Program-made: the position numbers and the translations under genes | Notes under the pieces: generated by a model | Told to the model about the DNA's origin: nothing | The model's database searches: none | Seen by the model: the letters and a program-made list of their open reading frames with translations, nothing else | From: Schmidtea polychroa | Taxonomy: Eukaryota | NCBI GenBank assembly: GCA_044892525.1 | Contig: CM097885.1 | Coordinates: 48,734,001-48,798,000 of the forward strand | DNA: 64,000 bases | Direction: 5' to 3' | In this document: positions 24,401 to 36,400 of the stretch, piece after piece | Numbering within the stretch: the first letter of the stretch is position 1 | Layout: every line of letters starts with the position of its first letter

Positions 24401-27400
24401 AGTAAATTAAAGATAAATAAGCAAATTAAGGTCTAAAATTTCAATTAAGTAAATTAAGGTCTAAAATTTTCAATTAAGTAAATTATGGTCTAAAATTTAA
24501 AATTAAAGTAAATTATGGTATATATTTTTAAACTTAAGTAAATTAAGGTCTAAAATTTCAATTAAGTAAATTAAGGTCTAAAATTTTCAATTAAGTAAAT
24601 TATGGTCTAAAATTTAAAATTAAAGTAAATTATGGTATATATTTTTAAACTTAAGTAAATTAAGGTCTAAAATTTCAATTAAGTAAATTAAGGTCTAAAA
24701 TTTTCAATTAAGTAAATTAAGGTCTAAAATTTTCAATTAAGTAAATTATGGTCTAAAATTTAAAATTAAAGTAAATTATGGTATATATTTTTAAACTTAA
24801 GTAAATTAAGGTCTAAAATTTCAATTAAGTAAATTAAGGTCTAAAATTTTCAATTAAGTAAATTAAGGTCTAAAATTTCAATTAAGTAAATTAAGGTCTA
24901 AAATTTCCAATTAAAGTAAATTAAGGTCCAAATTTTGAATTAAAGTTAATTAAGGGTCAAAATTTAAAATTAAAGTAAATTAAGGTTCTAAAAAATTAAA
25001 TTAAAGTTAATTAAGGTCCAAATTTTTAAATTAAGTAATTAATGGTCAAATATTTTAAATAAGTAAATTAAATTAATAATTTTTAAATAAGTAATGTAAT
25101 AAGCAAATTAAAGTAAGATTTTAAAATTATTAACAAAATAATAGAAGGTGTTTGAGAATTGAAATTTTTTAATGAAAATTTTTAATGAAATAATTTTTTA
25201 AGTAATTTTAGATGGAAATTTTTATGAATAATTTTTCAATGGTAATTTTTAATAAAAATTTTTATGAAATATTTTTCAATGAAAATTTTAAATGAAAACT
25301 TTTATGAAATATTTTTCAATGACAATTTTAGAAAAAATTTTTTGAAATAATTTTAGATGGAAATTATGTAAATTAAGGGATACATTTTTAAATTAAAGTA
25401 ATCAATGGTCTATATTTTAAACTTCTATATTCGGTAAACAAGGACTAAATTAAGTAAATAAAGGGTTAAATTAAAGAAAATTATGACTAAGTTAATTAGA
25501 TTTAAAGAATAATTACCTTTTCATTTAACACTACAGTGTAAATTTTTACCATTTTAAAATAATATTTTTTATCTTGATTTATTTAATTTTAATTGAATGT
25601 AATGACAAAATAGAGCGTGTTGTCTTCAATTTTAATGAATTAATTTGAAAGATTATTTAGATAAATTTTGGTGTTTAAGGTATTCATTAGTAATTATTTT
25701 TTTTAGAGTTGATGGTTTTTGTGAATTTTTATCATTTTCGTGAATTTCATGTGGATTGAATGAATATTTAAAAATTTTAAGTTAGTTCTAAGATAAATTT
25801 AATTAATTTCTTGATAATTGGATGCATTTTAATTGATTGGTTTTTTTTTTAATAAAAATTATTTTTAATGACAGTCAGGTTAATAATCATGTGATAGGAT
25901 ATAACTTTGTAATAATATTTTTTTTTCATATTTCTAAGAATTTCATATTGATTTATTAAAAAATTTAAAGTTTTAATGATGATTTTAATTGAATTTCTTG
26001 ATAATTTGTTAAATTTTAAATAAAAATTAATTTTTTTTAATGACTGTTATGTTAATAATTAAGTAATTGGTTTAATTTTAGATGACTTTGTAATGCATTT
26101 GACTAAATAATTTTTTTTCAATAATTTTCTAAGAATATTTACACATTGATGAACTTTTTTAAGAAACCAGTTAACCTTATCAAGAACTTTAAATTTACTT
26201 GATAATTTACAGAAATAATATACAAAATTTAATTTACAGAAATAATTTACAAAATAATATACAGAAATTTATGATTAAGTTTGCTTTTATGAACAATCAA
26301 TATATATCATCTCTAGTTAGGTATTTGATAGGTGAAATATTTGTAGTAAATAATAAGTTTATTATGTCTTTGTTACATAACTCGACTTTAACGTCAAAAT
26401 GTGTTTTTAAAATAAATTTTAATTTTAAAATACCGCAACGTAATATATTTTTTCCCTACCCTTCCTTGATTTTGATTGGTTAGAATTTGTTCCTATAAAC
26501 AATAATAATCTATAAACAATAATAATCTATAAACAATAATCAATCATTATTCACATTTAACAAATAATTAACCTTTAAAAATGAATTCTTTAATAGAAAA
26601 CGTTATGAATGTTCGAGAAAAAATTCAGGAATTTGGTAAATTTTAATTTATTTATTAATTAATTTATTAATTAATTTATTAATTAATTTAGATAATATTA
26701 ATGAAGACAATTTAAAATCGAAGATTAAAGGAAATTTGAAAAGAAAAAGTAAACATAATTTTAAATTTATTGATTTAATTAATTAATAATTTAGGTAATA
26801 TGAATAAAGAGAAAAATGATGTCAATGTGTCAATAAATCGAAATGAAAATTTACAATGTAAGTATTGATTACTTTTTTATATAATTTAAAGGAAATTTAA
26901 TATAATTTTTTATTTAATTAAATGTTAATATTTTTAATTTAGTAAATTTTTATTTTTTAGTAAATAAAATTTGTAAATTTTTGCGTAAACAATTATTAAA
27001 AAATTTCATTTAAATTATATATATATTTTTTTTATTAAATTTTTATTTTATAGGTATACTTTATCCAAATTATTGTTCATCGAAAGAACATGATAATAAT
27101 TGCCATTCTATAATGGAGAATTATTACACGAAAAAATATTATAATAAAACATATTTTATATGTCCCGTATGTAAGACTAGTGACCCTGTAACATATAGCA
27201 TTTTTTATAATAAACATAAACATCATTTAGATAGGTTTAATTTTAAAAAAGATAGTGTTTTTAAAAGACCATCAACTATAGAAAAAAATAATACAAATAA
27301 AAAAATTAAATTAGATACTTCTTCTTTTGAATCCCAGGTCGGATTAGAGGTCGAATCCCAGGCTGGATTGTCTTTTGTTGAATCCAATGATGGATTGTCT

Positions 27401-30400
27401 TTTGTTGAATCCCAGGACGGATTGTCTTTTGTTGAATCCCAGGTCGGATTATTCAATTCCTTTGATTCTTGGAATGGATTAAATATAATACAAATAGGGG
27501 GTAATGTTCCCATAATACAAAAAGATCTAAGGGGTACCCATCAAATATTAAGTTTAAATACAAGTAACTTGAATATAAAGGAAATAATATTTCCAGAACA
27601 ATTAATTATAAAATTACGAGATATTATTAACGAATTAGGCTCCGTCAAAATTCAATTCGGAATAACTATCGAATTTGAAAAAGATGGGGAAATAAAGGTT
27701 AATAATATTTCGAATTACGCAAAACCTTTAACTGCATCATTTTTTGATGAAGGTATTAGGGAACTAAATGAAAAAATAAGTAATATCACAGAGTTAGGAA
27801 GTAGCTGGATTATAAAAAAAATAACAGAAATTCACTTCACTATAACAAAAATAAGTAGGTTAAGTAGATTAAGTGGTAGGAGTTTCATTGAACTACCTAC
27901 TTGTCTAAAAAATAAATATTGTTTAATTAATATCAAAAACACCGATGATTCGTGTTTTTTATATAGCATTTTAGCTATTTTAAAATATGATGAGGTTAAT
28001 AGTTATGCTAGAAATAGGACATCAAGTTATAATTTATCAGACTTAATATATAATCCATTAGATTTACCAATGAAATTAAAAGACATTAGAAAATTTGAGG
28101 CCAAAAATCCTGGTTTAATAATTAACATTTTTTCTTATGACAATAACAAACAATTAATAGATAATTACGTTTTAAAACACCCCCATTTAGACATTATACA
28201 TCGTTCCAAAGTTTTAAATGGAACAGTAATTAATTTACTTTTATTAAATAAAGGGAACAATTTCCATTACATTGCTATAAGCAATTTAAATAGGTTACTG
28301 AATTGCCACATAAACACTAGTTGTCCTACACGCATACAATCATTATGGTGTCATCGTTGTTTGAATGGTTTTAAAAATAGAAACGCACTGGAAAAACATG
28401 AAATATTATGCAAACGTAATCAATTAGGAACAACTCTTTATACTTTCCCTCAAAATAAATTCTTACAGTTTACTGACTGGTCGAAAACAGTAACTCCTCC
28501 TTTCGTAGTTTATGCCGATTTTGAGGCTATTTTACCTTGTGATAATGATCATTTTCAGCGACACATGCCAATATCTGCTGGTCTTTTACTAGTAAATAAC
28601 TTTGACGGATCTAAATCTTATCAGCAGTTCATAGGTTTAGATTGCGTCGAGAGTTTTTTAAGTGCTATAGAGGATATAGCATTAAATAAGGTTCTTCCTT
28701 TTTATTATAAAATGGGTAGGAAACCAATGATTAAATTAACTAAAAATGAGCAACAACAATTCATTAATTCAACGGTTTGTTATCTTTGTTTGAAATCTAT
28801 CGTGGATCCTGTTAGAGATCACGATCATTTTACGGGCAAATACTTGGGTGCAGCTTGTAGCACATGTAACGTAAATAGAAAAATAAATAAAATTTTGCCT
28901 ATCGTATTTCACAACTTGAAGGGATACGATATGCATCATATACTTAAATATGGATTAAATAAATTTAAAAATTGGAATTTAGGGTGCATCCCAATAACTA
29001 CGGAAAAATTTATTTCTTTGATTGCTCATTTAGGCAAAATTAGCTTAAGATTCATTGATTCTTATCAATTTGTCAATGATTCTTTGGCTAAAGCAGTCAA
29101 AACTTTGAATTCTTTGCCTTTTACTAATTCTGCTTTTTCTGGTACTATAGTTTCTGAAAGAGGAATCTTCCCTTATAATTTCGCCACTTCTTTAGATGTT
29201 CTACAAACTACGTATGAATTACCACCAATCTGGGAAGGTGTCACTGAGCTTGAGTATGAAAAAGCTCAGGAGATTTGGGTAGAAACTAATTGCAGAACTT
29301 TATTAGATTATATGATGATCTACCTAAAACTTGATTGTTTTCTTTTGGCTGATTTCTTTCATCAGTTTAGGTTGAAATCCATTGCTCACAATAGATTGGA
29401 ACCATTGAATTATTTCGGAATTCCAGGTATGTCTTGGTCTTCTGCATTAATGTCTTTAAATGAACCAATTGAACTCATAACTGAAAACGAAATGTTTAGC
29501 TTTTATGAGGGTGGAATAAGAGGTGGTCTTACTTTTGTGAATAAGCATTACGTAAAAACCGACGAGAACACCGAGTTACTATATACAGATATTAATAATC
29601 TTTATGGTTGGGCTTTAAGTCAATCATTACCTTGTGGCGAATTTAGTTGGGTTCTTGATGGATTTGATAAAATAATGGATGAATGTAGGAATTTAAATCT
29701 TGAATCTTTGTCTTATGGATACACTCTTGAAGTTGATCTTGTAATTCCTTCTGAGCTTCATGATAAGTTGGATGATTTCCCTGTTGCTGCTGAAAAAATG
29801 AAACCTGCTGGGTCTAAGGTTGAAAAATTATTATTAACTCATCTTCCAAAATCTAATTATGTTATTCATTGGAGATTATTAAAATTATATTTGGAACTTG
29901 GTGTTAAAGTAACACGTGTAAATAGGGGTGTAAGATTTAAGCAATCTCCAATTTTTAAAAAATATATAGATACAAATACAGAATTAAGGTCAAAAAGCAT
30001 AAATAACTTAGATAAAAATTATTATAAATTGCTAAATAACAGTTTATACGGCAAAACAGTTGAAAATTTAAAGAGAAGAATGAATCTTCGTCTTTGTACA
30101 ACAGCCGATAAATTAGTTAAATATTCTTCGAAGCCAACTTTTAAAAAATCTATTAAAATAGACGATAATTTAATCGCGGCATTATTGAATTCAGATTCTA
30201 TATGTTTAGATAGACCAAGTTACATTGGTCAATCTGTACTTGATCTATCTAAACTTAGAATGTATGAATTGCAATATAAGGATCTGGAATCATTTCGCAA
30301 TGAGTTTAATTGTAAAATTAATATCGTTGCAGGTGATACAGATTCTTTTTTCCTCGAAGTCATTAACTGTAAACTCGAGGTTCTTTTACCTGCAATGATT

Positions 30401-33400
30401 CGAGATAATTTATTAGATACTTCCAATTACAATAGTTGTCATTCCTTATATAGTAAGAACCTTGATTCAGTCATTGGAAAGTTCAAAGACGAGAATAAAG
30501 GTCTTAAATATAAGGAATGGGTTTTTCTTAGACCAAAATGTTATAGCTTGTTGGGTGATGAGGAAACAAAAAAGGCTAAAGGTGTAACATTGAAAGGTAG
30601 TGACATAAAACATCAGTCATACCTGGATTGTTATAACACTAACCAGATTTTTTCGGTTCCTCAGACTAAAATAACAAGCAAAAATCATCAAATTTTTACA
30701 ATTAAAAACACAAAAATAGCACTTACTAACAAAGATGACAAAAGGGTTTGGGTGGGGAAAAATACTAGTCTTGCATATGGGCATGTAAGATTAAATGAAT
30801 TAAATATTGGAGAAATTGTTGAAGAAGAATTTGATGAAAATGTTGGAGAAGATGAGGAAGAATTTAATGAAGATTTTGGAGAAGATGAGCAAGAATTAAA
30901 TGAAGATTTTGGAGAAGATGACATCGATATCGATGACGTTATTTTGTCCGATGAGGACTAATTTTATTAAATAAAAGTTTATATCTATACATTTGTTATT
31001 TGTTTGGTAAATTTTTATGTTTGTTATGTGTCTAGTTCATTTTTATGTGTTTAGTTAATGTTTATATGTTTTGTTATGTGTCTAGTTATTTTTATTTGTT
31101 TAGTTAATTTTTATGTGTTGTATAGTATTTGGTTGATATATTATTACTAATATTATTATTATTATTATTATTAAAAAAAAAAAAATATTCTATTAAAATT
31201 TCCATTAAAAATTATCATTGAAAAATATTTCATTAAAATTTTCATTAAAAATTATCTTAAAAATTATTCCATAAAAAATTTCCATCTAAAATTACTTAAA
31301 AAATTATTTCATAAAAAATTTCATTAAAAAATTTCAATTCTCAAACACCTTCTATTATTTTGTTAATAAATTTAAAATCTTACTTTAATTTACTTTAATT
31401 TACTTATTTAAAAATTATTACTTTAATTTACTTATTTAACTTTAATTTAATTTTTTAGAACCTTAATTTAGTTATTTGTGCCCATTCATTACTTTAATTT
31501 AATTTTTTAGGACCTTAATTTACTTTATTTTAATTTTTTTTAGAACCATTATTTACTTAATTTAAAAATTTGAACCATAATTTACTTAGTTGAGCCCTTA
31601 ATTAACTTTAATTTTAAATTTTGAACAATTATTTACTTTAATTTAATATTTTAGAACCTAAATTTACTTTAATTTAATTTTTTGACCCATAATTTACTGT
31701 AATTTAATTTTTAGAACCTTAATTTACTTTAATTTTAAAATTTGGACCATAATTTACTTTATTTCAAAAAAAATCTGAACCCTGATTTACTTAAATTTTT
31801 TAGACCCATCATTTACTTTATTTTAAAAATTTACTATGCGTTTTTAATGTAAACCACCTTTTCTATTGAAATTCTCATGACCAAGAAGATCCCCTCACTA
31901 TAGTGTGAAAAATCCATGCTTTTTTATTGAAGACTACCTTTTTCTATTGAAATTCTCAGGACCAAGGAGACCCACCCAAATAATATTTATCCTTGGCTTG
32001 TTTATTGAAAAAAAAAATTTGTATTTAAAATCCCAGAAAACATTGGGCATTACGGCAACAATTATGTAATCAAAAAATGTCTACGGAAAAAGTTATGCAA
32101 TCAAAAGTTTGCAACATTTTTTACCCCCCCCCCCTATTGCTGCCGTAGGCTACTAACTACCTACTCCCCGCATAATTTAAAAATCAAAAATATGCATCAG
32201 GAAGAAAGACAATTGTAAATAACGATGAAAAATAAAATCCAAAATCCTAATAGAGACATAGAAAACTATATTTTCAAATTTTGTTTACAATAGATTGGTA
32301 CAATTTAAAATCATTAATTACATTTGAAATTTATATCGTCGATAGACGTTTTAAACAAATTCACAAAAAATAAACGTTTGTAATACAACAAAATGTTAAT
32401 AAAGTCAAAATGTCTGTGGTCGTATCACTTTAAGATGATCTGATTTTGGTCACCGTTTTTCCGCATCCTGAAAACACTCGTTCTGGTTCTACGCTTGTAA
32501 GTGGTATTGAATTCTAATTTTCGTAACTGCTCTCAATATTAGCTCCACGTTTACCTTCGACTTCGAAAATGACCAATTCTTTTTTCACGATATTTGTTAC
32601 ATCTTTCGCTGTTCGTGATTTGGAAATTATTTTGTAATTTATTTCCTTATCGATGGCTCTGTTGGCGAGCTTCTCTTGCATGGACAACTGCTATTCGACT
32701 TCTCCTTCAGTTGCCTCACTGTCCGATTTGGATTCAAATGACTCATTTTGATCAAGTGGTTTTGTCAGACCAGTAACTATAGAAACAATCGTCGCTTTGT
32801 TTAGACGTTCAAAATTTAGGAGAGTATCCAACTCCAATTCAGCATAAATCTGGTTGCCTTTGTGCAGAGATTGAAGCAAACTTGAAACTTTCGTTCGCCG
32901 TTGATTCAATCGATATGAAAGTGTTTCCTTCAGCCGAATGGCTAAGTCACTGCTGCCCAAATTATTTATCATGAATGATATTCGTTCCGATATAATTCCG
33001 ACATTCCCGGGGTTGGATGCCTTACTGATAGGTGAGTCAAATTCGGACAATTCATATCAAGTTTATCAAGACGTGAAAGGACATTGTTATTCAAATTTAC
33101 AAAACATAACTTTGGCAATAGGAGATTTCCATGAGATAAAATTATAGGAACTTTTTTTTCCAATTTCACCACTGATTTCTTTTCCATTGTATTTATTAAA
33201 ATTGTTGTTAAAAAAATTGATGTACACTACATTAGAGCAATTCTTCAATAGCGAGCAATTCAATTTACGAGCATGGTAGAATTGTGAGATTAGATTCAAT
33301 ATTTTGGTCAAGATAAGCACGCTCAATTTGATTTTGATTAATATTGATCTTGATTGACACTTCTGACAACAATGTTGTGATGGTTCTCTTTTTCAATCTT

Positions 33401-36400
33401 TCAGGATATTCACACATTTCTATATCTTTTGCATCGAGTAAAGATGGAATTCCAAATTATATTCATGTAGTTTTAAAAGCCTTATAATTATTATAAAAAA
33501 ACTTGACTAGAATCTAATCCATGATGGTTTATAAGATGTGGTTTTAATTTGCGAATTAAAGCATTGAATGCCAAACCATTTTTCCAAGGAGTACTAACAT
33601 TTTGAATTGAGACGTTGGGATATTCATTCCATTGATTTTGACATCATTTTAATAAGACTTAAATTTTAAAATCAAAGATAAGCTCCATTAAACTTTCTGA
33701 TTTAATTCCAAATGAACTGTGTAATTGATTATTATCTTTCAACTCTTTATCATTAAAAACATGATTTGTTCTTTAGAAATTCCATAACTTTTTGAAGCTG
33801 CTTCTTTAAGATCTTTAACTTTCCAAGAATTTAATATTTCAAATTTGCTTTTAACATAAACTTTATTTATATAAATTTCCACTGAAACATAAATAATTTT
33901 ACACAGAATTTTATTTTCAATTAGGAAATATTACAATTTAGTATATTTAAACAAACAACTTGTAAAAAAATACACCTGATAATCTATTAAATAATAATTT
34001 CTTGAAACTAAGGTAGAATAATAACTATCAAACACCAATTGAGCGATGGATTGGTATGGCGGCTTTAAAAATTGAACATTATCCAAATGTCATATTTTTA
34101 CATTATTATGACTTAGTGGATTTGCCTTTGTTATCGGCGTGAAATGAATACGGCCTGATTTCATTCTTTAAATTGTCGAGGTTGGCTTTAAGGTTAATAG
34201 TGGCTAGGACGTTTCTCATCTGATCAATTAATTCTATTTTTTTATAATTTTCTAATTGTAAGATGATGCTGTGTGTGTCCCAAAATTCAAATTTCGACAA
34301 AACTGTCTAACGGTTCACTACACTACCAAATCGTCAACAATAATATTTGATATATATTTATACGTGGACCTCTTTGATCTATATCGTCCGCAAGAACTCG
34401 TTATCGCCCTCCTTCTCACTGATCTATTGACCACGACTGTAATCTGGCATTATTGAATTCACTTTAAGTATTCTCTCGATACTCTCCTTGTCCCTTACGT
34501 TGGTTCATCTGATCATAAATGCAATTTTGTCATGGTGTCGAGTTCATTTTTTTCGATTCCCAGAGATAGGTACAAATATAATTCTGAATTAATTAACATT
34601 AAATTCTATTCCACCACCTACATCTCAATGATGATCCGACTGGTCTTGTGTTTTTAGCTGAATTCGAGATATTGAACGCAAGTTATGTCGAACTGTTTAT
34701 TTATACTAAATTTATACCCAATCGGATTTGTGTGTGAATTTCTAATTATTTTCCTTACCTATATGCTAATCACTGCCACGTGTCGGATGATTTACTGGAA
34801 TCTTCGGTCAGTTAGTGTGCAGCAATTCACTACTTTTCCGTACACAGGATATGATCAATTTCGTTACTCATTTCGTGGTATGTTCGCATCCTCTCATCGA
34901 AATTTGTCAATTTCAGTTATTAGCATTAGTTTGGTCGAAATCAATCAACTTTTAGAATGTCAAAATTTCGTATTTCCATATTTTCATTCAGTGTTTTCTA
35001 AAGAATTTAACCTAAATATATAATTTTAAAAGCGTTTTCCATATAAGTCACTTTTTCTTAAAATTCGCCAGTTTCTCGTTCGTTTTTATCTCTCTAGATA
35101 TTTCTCTATCAGTATCAAAGGGATTTCTTTTTGAATGTATTAAAATTGATCTTCTCTATCTTTCCGTAGAATTCAATGGGCGTCCACTCTGCTGTTGATT
35201 TTTAACTGATCCACGTGGTAAATACTTTCGCCATATGTAACTTATAGTTTTTTGCTTCACACAAAGCATTTTAGGCACCTCCATTTGTGTTTTGCCTTTC
35301 AGTAACTTATCTACTATTAATTCCTTAATTTCTTCAGAAATTTTTGACATTTCTAAAAGATGTATTAAATGGTTATAAAATAAATATAAAAAAATTAATT
35401 ATCAATCAAAAATATATGAAAACATTGTATAGAACTTTTGCTCGGTTAAAATTTGCAAACTTATACTTCAATGCTTTAATAAATTAAATTTAAACAAATA
35501 CAATTTTTAAAATTGCTAGGGACTCCATGTTCGGTTCGCTTCACCAACCACGTTAGAACGTGGGGTTAATGATAAAGTAAATATCCAGGGTATTCTTGGA
35601 CATGAGTAAGATTCAGTTTATTAATATGTTTACATAACTATGATAAAAGATAATAGCATAAACCGTTTCAAAGTAATATAGAACGATAAGTACAAAAGAA
35701 TAAGAACAATAAAAAATAAATAAATAAAATAAAAATTAAATTAAATTAAAAAAAGTAAAATTCGGATGAAGGGGACCCTTAGCTTTTTTATATATAGAGA
35801 GATTTCTTTACTATTACATTACATTATTAACATTTGATATTCTTGAGAAGATTGATCTTTGTACGAAATATACATAAATATATATTAATGAACATCTGAT
35901 TTTATGTACCACTAGCAAAAACATTTGCTCGTCATTGTATATTCTATTGTTTTATACCATTTTTATTATAATTTTAATTTTTAATCTATTGTCTATGTTA
36001 TTTTTCATGAAATCTTTCTATTCCTAGTTTTATTTTTCCTTTATCGCAATAATTTTGAATTTGTATACTTATGGATATTTATTGATGGCATATTTATATT
36101 TATTTCGTTCTACACTTCTTGTTTTTGTTATTTACTTTGATTACGTGTTTTTACTTGTTTTTGATTGTTACTTGACTTAATGCTGCCTGTGCTCTGTTTT
36201 TTGCACATTCCGATCACAAATTACGTTTATATAATCAGTTTTTACCAAATAAAAGAAGTATTCAAAAATAATACAAATTAATTTTGATCTTTGTCACAAT
36301 GAAAATAAATGAAATATCAAAAATATAATTTTATAATTTGTTTGATTAATTTATTATTTTCTGTTCTACCCGATGATGATAGTGAAATTTTCGAAATATA

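Larger units (their letters stand above)
15838..32165. mobile_element. Polinton/Maverick-related pPolB-only element, 16,328 bp, fully palindromic, 6-bp TSD
   Basis: Starts AGTAGGTAGTTAGTAGCC and ends GGCTACTAACTACCTACT. CCCCGC is directly repeated at 15832-15837 and 32166-32171. Arms 15838-23885 and 24139-32165 are near-identical reverse complements. Confidence 0.93.

Noticed and set aside
22950..25055. CRISPR array
   Set aside because: Units abut without unique spacers; eukaryotic context; no cas genes.
15838..32165. Palindrome as a fold-back chimera or assembly artefact
   Set aside because: Symmetry stops exactly at the element termini with a direct 6-bp TSD, the flanks continue a single host gene, the centre is asymmetric and the arms differ. 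Read-level confirmation is still desirable.
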